Source: Verrucomicrobiia bacterium
GTDB taxonomy: Bacteria; Omnitrophota; Omnitrophia; Omnitrophales; Aquincolibacteriaceae
Direction: 5' to 3'
DNA: 64,000 nucleotides
Assembly: GCA_035495615.1 (NCBI GenBank)
Contig: DATJFP010000036.1
Coordinates: 6,795-70,794, forward strand
Part shown: positions 39,516-50,275 of the stretch, piece after piece
Numbering within the stretch: the first letter of the stretch is position 1
How the letters are laid out: the number at the start of each line of letters is the position of its first letter
Notes under the pieces: model-generated
Databases searched by the model: none
What the model was told of the DNA's origin: nothing
What the model saw: only the letters and a program-made list of their open reading frames with translations
Translations under genes and position numbers: made by a program

Positions 39516-39830
39516 ATGGCGTATGTAATCATCGAAAAATGTTTGGGCGAACGTTATGCTTCCTGCGTGGCCGTGTGTCCGGTTGACTGCATTTATCCCG
39601 GCGATTATAACGGCGAAGAATTCATGGTGATCGATCCCGCTATCTGCATTACCTGCGGCGCCTGCCTTCCCGAATGTCCGATCGGGGCCATCGTGGAATC
39701 TGAGGATTACAGCCCCGAATGGGCCAAGATCAATGCCGAGCTCTCTCCGGCCTATAAAGAACACCCCAAAGTGCCGGAACGTGCGAAAGACGATCCTCCC
39801 CGCAAACCGGGCAACAAGCTGGTCAATTAA
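39516..39830 (+). CDS. 4Fe-4S ferredoxin
   Basis: Two cluster motifs (CxxxxxxCxxxCP-like CLGERYASCVAVCP and CITCGACLPECP). Confidence 0.8.
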   Translation: MAYVIIEKCLGERYASCVAVCPVDCIYPGDYNGEEFMVIDPAICITCGACLPECPIGAIVESEDYSPEWAKINAELSPAYKEHPKVPERAKDDPPRKPGNKLVN

Positions 39831-39883
39831 TTTCGTCCGAGAGGCCGGAGGCCGGTTCAAGCCATGAGATCAAGCGGGGCCCT

Positions 39884-40516
39884 ATGCCAAACGCCAATCT
39901 TTTAGACTCCGGATCGCAGGACCCTCTCGAAAAACTCCTCCGCCAGTACATCGAAGAATTCATCACGCATAACCGCGCCGCGCGCGTGGTCTCCCAGGGC
40001 CTCAAGTGCATCGGCATCGGCTTCCGTCCCATCGTGGACCACATCACGTTCCGCACGCTGAACGTCGACGGCCGGGCCAGGGAATTTTTGCCTTTCGGCT
40101 ACGAGTACGATGCCAAGCTCGGCGTGATCGAGTACGACACCTGGTGGGCGAAGGTCTACCGCAAGGCGGGGTACCCCGCGATTTTCATCGACCAGGCGTA
40201 TGATTTGCCGCGCGGAAAAGGGTCCCTGATTCCCGAATGGGTGAAGACTTTCGGCGACAAAGGCCTGCATCACGTGGCGATTCTCGTCGACGACATCGAA
40301 TCCGCGGTTTTTTATCTCGAGAAGCAGAACGTGCCTTTTGCCGGCAGCATCGTGGGCGACCGGGGCGCGGACCTCCGCCAGATTTTTTCCGAACCCGAAC
40401 AGCGCGAGGGCAAGCCGTATACGGTCCTCGAGCTCACCGAGCGCCACCGCGGCTACGCGGGCTTTCTTCCTCCCCAGGCCGAGGGCCTGATGCAGTCCAC
40501 GCGAGGAAAAAAATAG
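39884..40516 (+). CDS. Hypothetical protein, possible VOC (glyoxalase/dioxygenase-like) fold
   Basis: Weak resemblance only (HHVAILVDDIESAVFYL-type βαβββ segment); no firm motif. Confidence 0.35.
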   Translation: MPNANLLDSGSQDPLEKLLRQYIEEFITHNRAARVVSQGLKCIGIGFRPIVDHITFRTLNVDGRAREFLPFGYEYDAKLGVIEYDTWWAKVYRKAGYPAIFIDQAYDLPRGKGSLIPEWVKTFGDKGLHHVAILVDDIESAVFYLEKQNVPFAGSIVGDRGADLRQIFSEPEQREGKPYTVLELTERHRGYAGFLPPQAEGLMQSTRGKK

Positions 40517-40551
40517 CCCGTGTGCCTGCAAACGCTTCCATGCCTTCAATA

Positions 40552-40612
40552 GGCCTCCTGCATTCTGGGCCTAGGGGGACAGATCTAAAGACCTGTCCCC
40601 GTCCATGCTGAC
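40552..40612 (-). repeat. REP-like intergenic palindromic repeat, copy D (inverted orientation)
   Basis: Reverse complement reads gtcagCATGGACGGGGACAGGTCTTTAGAtCTGTCCCCctAGGcccAGAATGCAggaGGCC. Confidence 0.7.
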
Positions 40613-40662
40613 ATAATCCCCGCTCCCCATGCCCCTTGCCCGTTTATGGTTGTTCCGCTATC

Positions 40663-41691
40663 ATGAGGCCCATGATTATCGGTCTTACGGGTAAAAACGG
40701 GGCAGGCAAGGGCGAGGTGGCCAAATTCCTCCAGGAACGGGGCTATGCTTATTATTCCCTTTCCGACATGCTGCGCGAAGAAGCCGCCCGGGAAGGCAAA
40801 GAAGTCACCCGGGACATCCTCGTGGAACTGGGCAACCGGCTGCGGGAAGAGAGGGGGCCCGGCGTACTGGCCGAAAAGGTCATCATGAAGCTGGATCCCG
40901 AAAAACATTATGTCATTGATTCGGTCCGGCATCCTTCCGAAGTCCAGGTCCTGCGGCGCCGGGCGGATTTTATCCTGGCCAGCGTTCGCGCGCCGGAAAA
41001 ACTCCGCTTTGAACGCCTGCGCCAGCGCAAACGCGAAAGCGACCCCCTGACTTACGAACAGTTTCTCGAGCTCGAGCAGAAAGAATCCGCCAGCCAGAAC
41101 ACAAGCCATCAGCAGCTCGACCGCACGATCTCCATGGCCGACGTGGTCGTGGACAACACGGGCCCGCTGAAGGCGCTGCATGAACGCGTGCGCGAAATCC
41201 TTCTGGAATTTTCCAAAAAAGAAATGCGGCCGAACTGGGACGATTACTTCATGGGCATCGCAAAAGTCGTGGCGCTCCGCTCTAATTGCATCAAGCGCAA
41301 GGTCGCGGCCGTCATCGCCAAAGACAAGCGCATCATTTCCACGGGTTACAATGGCACGCCGCGCGGCGTGAAAAACTGTTCCGAGGGCGGATGCCCGCGC
41401 TGCAACACGATCGGGACGTCCGGCCAGGCGCTGGAAGAATGCTACTGTTCGCACGCGGAAGAAAACGCGATCGTGCAGTCGGCCTACCACGGCGTGAACA
41501 TCAAGGGCTCGGTGCTCTACACGACGTTTTCCCCGTGCCTGATGTGCACGAAAATGATCATCAACGCCGGCATCCACGAGGTCGTCTACAACGTGAGTTA
41601 TCCGATGAGCGATACGTCGCTGGCGCTTTTGCAGCAGGCGGGCGTCGGCGTGAAGCAGCTTGCCGTCAATTCCGCTTCGGGAGCGTTTTGA
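40663..41691 (+). CDS. Fusion protein: P-loop nucleotide/nucleoside kinase domain + dCMP (cytidine/deoxycytidylate) deaminase domain
   Basis: N-terminal Walker A GLTGKNGAGKGEV with a kinase-like lid; C-terminal zinc-dependent deaminase motifs HAEENAI ... SPCLMCTKMI (H-A-E / P-C-x-x-C). An alternative in-frame start at 40636 is possible. Confidence 0.7.
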   Translation: MRPMIIGLTGKNGAGKGEVAKFLQERGYAYYSLSDMLREEAAREGKEVTRDILVELGNRLREERGPGVLAEKVIMKLDPEKHYVIDSVRHPSEVQVLRRRADFILASVRAPEKLRFERLRQRKRESDPLTYEQFLELEQKESASQNTSHQQLDRTISMADVVVDNTGPLKALHERVREILLEFSKKEMRPNWDDYFMGIAKVVALRSNCIKRKVAAVIAKDKRIISTGYNGTPRGVKNCSEGGCPRCNTIGTSGQALEECYCSHAEENAIVQSAYHGVNIKGSVLYTTFSPCLMCTKMIINAGIHEVVYNVSYPMSDTSLALLQQAGVGVKQLAVNSASGAF

Positions 41692-41692
41692 T

Positions 41693-42895
41693 ATGATCAA
41701 GGACGAAGCGGCCAAAAGTGCGGGCATCATCCGCAAGAGCTTCGGGCTCAAGAAAGACATCCTGCCCCAGCTCAAAGCCACCTACGACAGCCCGCTGATC
41801 GACCGCATCAAGACGCAGAATTTCCGGCTGGAAGCCGGCCGGCTCACGATCTGCCTGGCCCAGGAGTTCGGCTTCTGCTACGGCGTGGACCGCGCCATCG
41901 ACTACGCTTACGAGACCAAGGCGAAATTTCCGGACCGCCGCATTTTCCTCACCAACGAAATCATCCACAATCCGCGCGTGAACGCGAAGCTGCAGGAGCT
42001 CGGCATCCAGTTTCTGGCCCAGGACCCCGCGGACGGCGTGACAATCAACGACCTCACGCCGCAGGACGTGGTGCTGATCCCGGCCTTCGGCAATCCCATG
42101 ATCGAGCTCGAGCATCTCCAGAAAAGGGGATGCGTGCTCGTCGACACGACCTGCGGGTCGGTGATGAGCGTTTGGAAGCGCGTGGAATCCTACAGCCGCG
42201 ACGGCTTCACGGCCGTCATCCACGGCAAATACGACCACGAAGAGACACTGGCGACAAGTTCGCGCGCCAAAAAATACGTGATCGTGCGCGACAAGGAACA
42301 GGCGCAGAAGGTCTGCGATTTCATCCGCGGGAAGTTCGGCCGCGAAGAATTCATGCGCGAATTCGAGCGCGCGCTTTCGCCGGGCTTTGATCCCGCGGCG
42401 GACCTGCAGCACATCGGCTGCGCGAACCAGACCACGATGCTCTCCAGCGAATCGCTCGAGATCGCGAACATGCTCCAGCAGTCCATGACCGAAGTCTGCG
42501 GCGTGGAAGAGACCTGCCGCCGCTTCCGCCACTTCGACACAATCTGTTCCGCGACGCAGGACCGCCAGGACGCGGTGCTCCGGCTCGTGCGCGAAGACGT
42601 GGATCTCATGGTCGTCGTCGGCGGCTACAATTCGAGCAACACCGGGCATCTCGTCGAGATCTCGCTCGGCTTTTGCCCGGCGTATCACATCAAAGACGCC
42701 GAATGCATCCTTTCCGCGGACCTCCTCCAGCACAAGAAGGTGATGAGCAAAGACATCATTGAAACGCGCAACTGGCTGCCGGAAGGCCCGGTGAAGCTCG
42801 GCATCACGGCCGGCGCTTCTACGCCGAACAAAGTCATCGAAGAAGTAATGGAGCGTATCCTGCAGGTGGCGAACGTTTCGCCCGAAGGAGCATGA
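41693..42895 (+). CDS. ispH: 4-hydroxy-3-methylbut-2-enyl diphosphate reductase IspH (LytB)
   Basis: LAQEFGFCYGVDRAI, VDTTCG, ICSATQDRQ, VVGGYNSSNT blocks; ~400 aa long form. Confidence 0.85.
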   Translation: MIKDEAAKSAGIIRKSFGLKKDILPQLKATYDSPLIDRIKTQNFRLEAGRLTICLAQEFGFCYGVDRAIDYAYETKAKFPDRRIFLTNEIIHNPRVNAKLQELGIQFLAQDPADGVTINDLTPQDVVLIPAFGNPMIELEHLQKRGCVLVDTTCGSVMSVWKRVESYSRDGFTAVIHGKYDHEETLATSSRAKKYVIVRDKEQAQKVCDFIRGKFGREEFMREFERALSPGFDPAADLQHIGCANQTTMLSSESLEIANMLQQSMTEVCGVEETCRRFRHFDTICSATQDRQDAVLRLVREDVDLMVVVGGYNSSNTGHLVEISLGFCPAYHIKDAECILSADLLQHKKVMSKDIIETRNWLPEGPVKLGITAGASTPNKVIEEVMERILQVANVSPEGA

Positions 42896-43152
42896 TGGCC
42901 AAATCCGTCACGGTGTACACGACCCAATTCTGTCCGTATTGCTCGCGCGCGAAAAGCGTGCTCAAGCAAAAGAGCATCGCCTTCAAAGAAGTCGACCTCA
43001 CGAACGATCCCGAACAAAGAGAGAAGATCTCAAGCCAGACCGGATGGACGACGGTGCCCATGATTTTCATCGGTGAGGAATTCATCGGCGGCTGCGACGA
43101 CCTCGTGGCGCTGGACCGCCAGGGCAAGCTCGAAGAGAAAGTCCGGGGCTAA
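42892..43152 (+). CDS. Glutaredoxin
   Basis: CPYC active site, TVP motif, GGCDD; 86 aa. Confidence 0.85.
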   Translation: MMAKSVTVYTTQFCPYCSRAKSVLKQKSIAFKEVDLTNDPEQREKISSQTGWTTVPMIFIGEEFIGGCDDLVALDRQGKLEEKVRG

Positions 43153-43289
43153 CCTATCCCATGAAATTTCAAGGATTTAGAACGCCGCCCCTGCGCGCCT
43201 TTAGTCTAGAATTGTCTTGATCTCAGGAGGGGGCGTTGCTATTATAAGGCCCCTATTTTTTAAGTAAACGTCTTACAAATGGACCACTT

Positions 43290-43517
43290 ATGCTGAAGCC
43301 TTTCGCCACAAAACTTGACGAGGCCGTCCTCAAAAAACTGGACGAACTTGCCCAGAAGACACGGATCCCCAAATCGCGCCTCTGCCATCAGGCCATCGAG
43401 CTTCTTGTCGACCATTACGATCAGCGGGAAAAGAAGTTAGCGCTGGCCGAGCGGATTTACCAGGAAGATGCCAGCTTGGTCGCTTCAGGCAGCTCCGCGT
43501 CTGAAAAGACTTTCTGA
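43290..43517 (+). CDS. Small hypothetical protein, possible ribbon-helix-helix (CopG-like) DNA-binding protein
   Basis: 75 aa; N-terminal β-strand/helix pattern (KLDEAVLKKLDELAQKTRIPKSRL); preceded by an AT-rich spacer. Confidence 0.35.
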   Translation: MLKPFATKLDEAVLKKLDELAQKTRIPKSRLCHQAIELLVDHYDQREKKLALAERIYQEDASLVASGSSASEKTF

Positions 43518-43589
43518 GTTTAACCCATCCGGCAGGAAGGTTAACCAGGTCGGGCAGCAGGCCGGGTGTCATCAACGGAGGGCCGTTCT

Positions 43590-44027
43590 ATGACACTGAA
43601 AGATATTTTGGGCGTCAAAGGGAATGCTGTTTGGACCGTGAGCAAAAGCCAGACCGTACGCGAGGCCGTGGAGCTTCTGGTCGGCCGTAACATCGGGGCG
43701 CTGGTCGTGCTCGACGGCAACGCAAGAGTCGCGGGGATTATTTCCGAAAGGGATATCCTTCGCGGCGGCCATGAAAACGGCGAGGGTTTTCAGGACCTTC
43801 CCGTGAGCCGCCTGATGACACGCAAGGTGATCGTGGGACGGCCGGAAGACGACATTCAGACCATCATGAATGTCATGACGCACAGCCGGATACGGCACGT
43901 GCCGGTGATGAAAGACGGAGCGCTGCAGGGCATTGTTTCGATCGGCGACATCGTGAAGTCGCTCTTGCAGGATTCGGAAGACCAGATCCAGACGTTGAAA
44001 GAATTTATTTACGGACCCGTAATGTAA
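43590..44027 (+). CDS. CBS-domain pair protein
   Basis: Two CBS motifs ([20 protein letters not shown] and [20 protein letters not shown]); GGAGGG RBS upstream. Confidence 0.8.
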   Translation: MTLKDILGVKGNAVWTVSKSQTVREAVELLVGRNIGALVVLDGNARVAGIISERDILRGGHENGEGFQDLPVSRLMTRKVIVGRPEDDIQTIMNVMTHSRIRHVPVMKDGALQGIVSIGDIVKSLLQDSEDQIQTLKEFIYGPVM

Positions 44028-44146
44028 CAGGGGACCTGCCGCGCAAAGACCCCGCTTTGACAAAGCACGGAAGCCCGCATCAATCGGTTGACACGATTCG
44101 TAAAATACCCCAGAATGTGCGGAAAAATTTGGCCTCCTTACAACCC

Positions 44147-47100
44147 ATGATGACGAAAAGACCCCCAAAACAAGGGCTTTACGACCCTCAGTTCGAACAC
44201 GACGCCTGCGGCGTTGGATTTGTCGTCAACGTCAAAGGACGCAAATCCCACGAAATCGTCCGCCAGGCGCTCACCGTTCTTTTGAATCTGCGCCACCGCG
44301 GCGCCTGCGGCTGCGAAACCAACACCGGCGACGGCGCCGGCATTCTGCTTCAGATTCCGCATACCTTTTTGAGAGAGGCCTGTATCGGCATCGGGATACG
44401 CCTTCCGTCGGCCGGGGAATACGGCGTGGGCATGGTGTTTCTGCCGCCCGATCCCAAACAGCGCAAGGCCTGCGAAAAAGTGGTCGAGGACATTATTAAG
44501 GAAGAAGGGCAGACGCTGCTCGGCTGGCGCACGGTTCCGACCGACAACAGCACCCTCGGCCCCACGGCCAAAGCCAGTGAACCGTTCGTCCGCCAGCTTT
44601 TCATCGGACGTAATGCGAAGCTGCAGGACGACATGGCCTTCGAGCGCAAACTCTACGTGATCCGCAAGCGCGCCGAGAACATGCTCCGCTACGGCGGCGT
44701 GAAGGGCGGCGAATACTTCTACGTTTCCAGCCTTTCCTATAAAACGATGGCCTACAAAGGCATGCTCATGTCCGAGCAGGTGGACGCCTTTTATCCCGAG
44801 CTCGAGCATCCGGCCATGGAAAGCGCGCTTGCCCTCGTGCATTCGCGCTTCAGCACGAACACGTTTCCGAGCTGGGACCGCGCGCACCCCTACCGCTACG
44901 TCGCGCACAACGGCGAGATCAACACGCTGCGCGGCAACGTCAACTGGATGCACGCGCGCCAGGCCCAGTGCGCTTCCGACCTTTTCAAAGACGACATGAA
45001 GAAAATCCTTCCCGTGATCCAGCCCGACGGCAGCGACTCGGCCATGTTCGACAACTGCCTCGAATTTCTGGTGCTCGGCGGCCGCTCGCTTCCGCATGCG
45101 ATGATGATGATGATTCCCGAACCCTGGTCGGGCCACGAGACCATGAGCGATGCGAAAAAGGCCTTCTATGAATATCATGCCTCCATGATGGAGCCCTGGG
45201 ACGGCCCGGCCTCCGTCGCTTTTACCGACGGCACGCGCATCGGCGCCACGCTCGACCGAAACGGCCTGCGTCCTTCGCGTTACTACGTGACCAAAGACGA
45301 CCTCGTGGTCATGGCCTCCGAAGTCGGTGTGCTCGACATCGACGCCGAACGCATCGTCCAGAAGGGCAGGCTCCAGCCCGGCCGCATGTTCCTGATCGAC
45401 ACCGAGCAGGGCCGTATCATCGCGGATGAGGAAATCAAAAATAAAATCGCGACCGAGCAGCCGTACCGCGTTTGGCTGAACGACAATCTCGTGAGCCTCG
45501 ACCACCTCCCGGACGCGCCGGCCATGCACGAGCCGGATCACAAGACCGTACTCATCCGCCAGCAGGCGTTCGGTTTCACGTTCGAAGACCTGCGCTTCAT
45601 CATTTCGCCCATGGGGCGCGACGGCGTCGAGCCCGTCGGTTCGATGGGAACAGACACGCCGCTCGCTGTGCTGTCCAACAAGCCGCAGCTTCTTTACAGC
45701 TACTTCAAGCAGCTGTTCGCGCAGGTGACCAACCCGCCGATCGACTGCATCCGCGAGGAAATTGTGACATCCACAGGCCAGACGCTTGGTCCCGAGCGCA
45801 ATCTCCTCATGCCGGAGCCGAAGAGCTGCCGCCAGATCAAATTGAACAGCCCGATCCTGACAAATGAGGAATTCGAGAAGCTGCGCCAGATCAACCACCG
45901 CGACTTCAGATCGGTGACGCTGCCGATTCTTTACAATCCGGACAAGGGCGGAAAGGCACTGGAAGCCGCGCTTGCAAAAATGTTCCAGCTCGCGGACCGG
46001 GCCATCAAGAACAACGTGAACATCCTCGTGCTGAGCGACCGGGGCATCGACCATAAAAAAGCGCCGATTCCCGCGCTTCTGGCCGTCGCCGGATTGCATC
46101 ATCATCTGATCCGCCAGGGCACCCGCACGAAAGTCGGTCTTCTTCTCGAGTCGGGCGAGCCGCGCGAAGTGCATCATTTCGCCCTGTTGATCGGTTATGG
46201 TGTGGGCGCCGTGAACCCGTATCTTGCTTTCGAAACGCTCGATGACCTCATCCGCCAGGGCATCCTCGTGGGCCGCACGCACAAAGATGCCGTGAAAAAT
46301 TACGCCAAGGCGCTGGCCAAGGGCGTGGTGAAGACCATGTCGAAGATGGGCATCTCGACCATCGCCAGCTACTGCGGCGCGCAGATCTTCGAGGCGGTCG
46401 GCCTTAATAAGGAAGTCGTGGACAAGTATTTTACCTGGACCGCGTCCCGCATCGAAGGCGCCGGGATCGAGGAAATCAACGAAGAAGTGCGCCGCCGCCA
46501 CCGCCACGCGTTCCCGGAACGCCAGGTGAACGGCCAGACGCTCGACGCGGGCGGCCAATACCAGTGGCGCAAGGACGGTGAATATCATCTCTTCAATCCC
46601 GAGACCGTGCACAAGCTCCAGAAGTCCGTGCGCACGAAAGACTACAAGGTCTTCAAGGAATACACCAAGTCCGTGGACGAACAGTCCCGGCATTACTGCA
46701 CGCTGCGAGGCCTTCTTGAATTCAATCTGGATGGCTTGAAGCCGGTGCCGCTCGAAGAGGTCGAGCCCGTGGAAACCATCGTGAAGCGTTTCAAGACCGG
46801 CGCCATGTCCTACGGTTCCATCAGCAAGGAAGCGCATGAAAGCCTCGCCATTGCCATGAACCGCATCGGCGGCAGAAGCAACACAGGTGAAGGCGGCGAA
46901 GATCCGGCGCGTTACACGCTGGACCCGAACGGCGATTCGCGCAACAGCGCAATCAAACAGGTGGCTTCAGGCCGTTTCGGCGTGACGAGCGAGTACCTCG
47001 TGCAGGCGAAAGAATTGCAGATCAAAATGGCGCAGGGCGCCAAGCCGGGCGAAGGCGGGCAGCTTCCGGGCACGAAAGTGTATCCGTGGATCGCGAAAGT

Positions 47101-48745
47101 GCGTCTTTCCACGCCGGGCGTGGGCCTTATTTCGCCGCCGCCGCACCACGACATCTATTCCATCGAAGACCTCGCGGAGCTCATCCATGACCTCAAAAAC
47201 TCGAACCACTACGCGCGCATCAGCGTGAAGCTCGTCGCTGAAGTCGGCGTAGGTACGATCGCCGCGGGTGTCGCCAAGGCGCACGCGGACGTTGTCCTCA
47301 TCAGCGGCTACGACGGCGGCACGGGCGCTTCGCCGCTTTCCAGCATCAAGCACGCGGGCATTCCGTGGGAGCTGGGGCTTGCCGAAACGCATCAGACGCT
47401 CGTCCTGAACAATCTCCGCGACCGCATCGCGGTCGAAACCGACGGCCAGCTGAAGACCGGACGCGACGTGGCCATTGCCGCGCTGCTCGGAGCCGAGGAA
47501 TTCGGCTTTGCGACGTCGCCGCTCGTCGCGCTCGGCTGCATCATGATGCGCGTCTGCCATCTGAACACGTGTCCGGTCGGCGTGGCCACCCAGGACCCGG
47601 AGCTGCGCAAGAAATTCACGGGAGATCCGGCGCACGTCGTCAATTTCATGTTTTTCATCGCGCAGGAACTGCGTGAGATCATGGCCCAGCTCGGCTTCCG
47701 CACGCTGAACGAAATGATCGGCCGCGCGGACAGGCTGAACCCGAAAAAAGCCGTGGATCATTGGAAGGCCAAGGGGCTGGATTTCTCGAAGATCCTTTAT
47801 CAGCCCAAGGTGCCGGATTCGGTGGGCCGCTACTGCAAGGTGAAGCAGGACCATGGCCTGGAAAACGCGCTGGACAACCGCGTGCTGCTCGATCTCTGCG
47901 AGCCCGCGCTTTCGCGGAAGGAACCCGTCAAGGCGACGCTCCCGATTCGTAACACGAACCGCGTGGTCGGCACGATCCTCGGCAGCGAAGTCACGCGCCG
48001 CCACGGGCCGCAGGGGCTTCCGGACAATACCATCCATCTTCATTTCACCGGCTCGGCCGGACAGAGTTTCGGGGCTTTCATGCCGCGCGGCATGACGCTG
48101 GAACTCGAAGGCGACGCCAACGACTACGTGGGCAAGGGCCTTTCGGGCGGCCGCATCATCGTGTATCCGCCGCAGAAGGCGACCTTCGTGGCCGAAGAAA
48201 ACATCATCATCGGAAACGTGGCGTTTTATGGCGCCACGACGGGCGAAGCTTACATCCGCGGCATGGCGGGCGAGCGCTTCTGCGTGCGTAATAGCGGCGT
48301 CCATGCGGTCGTCGAATCTGTGGGCGATCACGGCTGCGAATACATGACCGGCGGTAAGGTCGTGGTGCTCGGCGCCACGGGCCGCAATTTCGCGGCCGGC
48401 ATGTCGGGCGGCGTCGCGTACGTGCTGGACGCCGCGGGCACGTTTCCCCAGAACTGCAACAAGCAGATGGTGGAACTGGAATCCCTGAACGATCCGAACG
48501 AAATCGAAGAGCTGCGCGCCATCATCCGCCGCCACGCGGATTACACGAAAAGCAAGCGCGCCGAGCAGATCCTCAACCTGTGGGAAGAAATGGTCCCGAA
48601 GTTCGTGAAGGTTCTCCCCAAAGATTACAAGAGAGTCCTGCAGGCTCTCGAACGCGTCAAAGGCGCCGGTCTCAGCGGCGACGAGGCCATCATGGCGGCG
48701 TTCGAAGAAAATGCGCGCGACCTTTCTCGCATTGGTGGCAATTAG
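44147..48745 (+). CDS. gltB: Glutamate synthase large subunit GltB
   Basis: N-terminal amidotransferase Cys ([11 protein letters not shown]), FMN and Fe-S central domains, C-terminal GXGXG domain; ~1530 aa. Confidence 0.95.
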   Translation: MMTKRPPKQGLYDPQFEHDACGVGFVVNVKGRKSHEIVRQALTVLLNLRHRGACGCETNTGDGAGILLQIPHTFLREACIGIGIRLPSAGEYGVGMVFLPPDPKQRKACEKVVEDIIKEEGQTLLGWRTVPTDNSTLGPTAKASEPFVRQLFIGRNAKLQDDMAFERKLYVIRKRAENMLRYGGVKGGEYFYVSSLSYKTMAYKGMLMSEQVDAFYPELEHPAMESALALVHSRFSTNTFPSWDRAHPYRYVAHNGEINTLRGNVNWMHARQAQCASDLFKDDMKKILPVIQPDGSDSAMFDNCLEFLVLGGRSLPHAMMMMIPEPWSGHETMSDAKKAFYEYHASMMEPWDGPASVAFTDGTRIGATLDRNGLRPSRYYVTKDDLVVMASEVGVLDIDAERIVQKGRLQPGRMFLIDTEQGRIIADEEIKNKIATEQPYRVWLNDNLVSLDHLPDAPAMHEPDHKTVLIRQQAFGFTFEDLRFIISPMGRDGVEPVGSMGTDTPLAVLSNKPQLLYSYFKQLFAQVTNPPIDCIREEIVTSTGQTLGPERNLLMPEPKSCRQIKLNSPILTNEEFEKLRQINHRDFRSVTLPILYNPDKGGKALEAALAKMFQLADRAIKNNVNILVLSDRGIDHKKAPIPALLAVAGLHHHLIRQGTRTKVGLLLESGEPREVHHFALLIGYGVGAVNPYLAFETLDDLIRQGILVGRTHKDAVKNYAKALAKGVVKTMSKMGISTIASYCGAQIFEAVGLNKEVVDKYFTWTASRIEGAGIEEINEEVRRRHRHAFPERQVNGQTLDAGGQYQWRKDGEYHLFNPETVHKLQKSVRTKDYKVFKEYTKSVDEQSRHYCTLRGLLEFNLDGLKPVPLEEVEPVETIVKRFKTGAMSYGSISKEAHESLAIAMNRIGGRSNTGEGGEDPARYTLDPNGDSRNSAIKQVASGRFGVTSEYLVQAKELQIKMAQGAKPGEGGQLPGTKVYPWIAKVRLSTPGVGLISPPPHHDIYSIEDLAELIHDLKNSNHYARISVKLVAEVGVGTIAAGVAKAHADVVLISGYDGGTGASPLSSIKHAGIPWELGLAETHQTLVLNNLRDRIAVETDGQLKTGRDVAIAALLGAEEFGFATSPLVALGCIMMRVCHLNTCPVGVATQDPELRKKFTGDPAHVVNFMFFIAQELREIMAQLGFRTLNEMIGRADRLNPKKAVDHWKAKGLDFSKILYQPKVPDSVGRYCKVKQDHGLENALDNRVLLDLCEPALSRKEPVKATLPIRNTNRVVGTILGSEVTRRHGPQGLPDNTIHLHFTGSAGQSFGAFMPRGMTLELEGDANDYVGKGLSGGRIIVYPPQKATFVAEENIIIGNVAFYGATTGEAYIRGMAGERFCVRNSGVHAVVESVGDHGCEYMTGGKVVVLGATGRNFAAGMSGGVAYVLDAAGTFPQNCNKQMVELESLNDPNEIEELRAIIRRHADYTKSKRAEQILNLWEEMVPKFVKVLPKDYKRVLQALERVKGAGLSGDEAIMAAFEENARDLSRIGGN

Positions 48746-48748
48746 ACC

Positions 48749-50248
48749 ATGGGAAAGCCTACAGGTTTCATCGAAATTCCCCGCCAGCTTCCGCATGACC
48801 GCGATCCGAAGGACCGCATCAAGGATTGGGGCGAATTTCACGAGCACATGGCGGTTCCCAAACTCCAGGAGCAGGGCGCCCGCTGCATGGACTGCGGCAT
48901 TCCCTTTTGCCACACGGGCACGCTGCTTTCCGGCATGGCGTCCGGATGCCCGGTCAACAACCTGATTCCTGAGTGGAACGATCTCGTCTACCGCGGCCTG
49001 TGGCGTGAAGCGCTCGACCGCCTGCACAAGACCAACAATTTTCCCGAATTTACCGGCCGCGTCTGTCCCGCGCCCTGCGAAGGCTCCTGCGTCGTGGGCA
49101 TCAGCCAGCCGCCGGTCACGATCAAGAACATCGAATGCTCCATCATCGACAAAGGCTTTGAAGAAGGCTGGGTGGTTGCCGAGCCTCCGGCCAAGCGCAC
49201 GGGCAAGAAGGTCGCCGTGGTGGGTTCCGGACCCGCGGGCCTCGCGGCCGCGGCGCAGCTCAACAAGGCCGGGCATCTGGTCACGGTCTTCGAGCGCGCG
49301 GACCGCATCGGCGGGCTGCTCATGTACGGGATTCCGAACATGAAGCTCGACAAAAAATACGTGCAGCGCCGCGTGGACCTCATGACGGCTGAAGGCGTGC
49401 AGTTCGTCACCAACACCGAAGTCGGCAAAAATTATCCCTCGGAAAAGCTCCTGAAGGATTTCGATGCCGTGGTGCTCGCCGGCGGCGCGACCAAGCCGCG
49501 CGACCTTCCGATCGAAGGCCGTAACCTGAAGGGCATCCATTTCGCGATGGAGTTCCTGCACCGCAACACGAAGAGCCTGCTCGACAAGAAGCAGAGCGCT
49601 GATTTTATTTCCGCCGAAGGCAAAGACGTCATTGTGATCGGCGGCGGCGACACGGGCACGGACTGCGTCGGCACCTCGATGCGCCACAAATGCAAAAGCC
49701 TCGTGCAGCTGGAAATCCTTCCCAAGCCGCCGATGGAACGCGCGTCGAACAATCCGTGGCCGGAATGGCCGAAGGTCTACAAGCTCGATTACGGTCAGGA
49801 AGAAGCCAAGGCCGTCTACGGCGACGACCCGCGCCAGTACCTCGTGACCGCCAGGCGTTTCATCCCGGACGAAAAGGGGAACGTGAAGCAGCTGGAAATC
49901 GTGAAGGTCGAATGGGCCAAGGACGACAAAGGCCGTTTTATTCCAAAAGAAATCCCGGGCTCGGAAAAACTCCTGCCGGCAAGTCTTGTGCTGCTTGCAA
50001 TGGGGTTTTTAGGACCGGAAGATACGGTGCTCGCGGACCTGAAGGTCGAACGTGACGAGCGTTCGAACGCGAAGGCCGAGCATGGCAAGTTTGCTACGAA
50101 CATCAAGGGCGTTTTCGCGGCGGGCGATATGCGCCGCGGCCAAAGCCTCATCGTGTGGGCCATCAACGAAGGACGCGGCGCCGCGCGCTCGGTCGACGAA
50201 TACCTGATGGGCTACTCCGACCTTCCCGCCAGCTCCCCGGCGAACTAA
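48749..50248 (+). CDS. gltD: Glutamate synthase small subunit GltD (NADPH-dependent)
   Basis: Fe-S Cys clusters ([18 protein letters not shown]), FAD/NAD folds [14 protein letters not shown] and [10 protein letters not shown]. Confidence 0.9.
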   Translation: MGKPTGFIEIPRQLPHDRDPKDRIKDWGEFHEHMAVPKLQEQGARCMDCGIPFCHTGTLLSGMASGCPVNNLIPEWNDLVYRGLWREALDRLHKTNNFPEFTGRVCPAPCEGSCVVGISQPPVTIKNIECSIIDKGFEEGWVVAEPPAKRTGKKVAVVGSGPAGLAAAAQLNKAGHLVTVFERADRIGGLLMYGIPNMKLDKKYVQRRVDLMTAEGVQFVTNTEVGKNYPSEKLLKDFDAVVLAGGATKPRDLPIEGRNLKGIHFAMEFLHRNTKSLLDKKQSADFISAEGKDVIVIGGGDTGTDCVGTSMRHKCKSLVQLEILPKPPMERASNNPWPEWPKVYKLDYGQEEAKAVYGDDPRQYLVTARRFIPDEKGNVKQLEIVKVEWAKDDKGRFIPKEIPGSEKLLPASLVLLAMGFLGPEDTVLADLKVERDERSNAKAEHGKFATNIKGVFAAGDMRRGQSLIVWAINEGRGAARSVDEYLMGYSDLPASSPAN

Positions 50249-50275
50249 CCTACCCGCTTACCGGCATCGCTTCCG

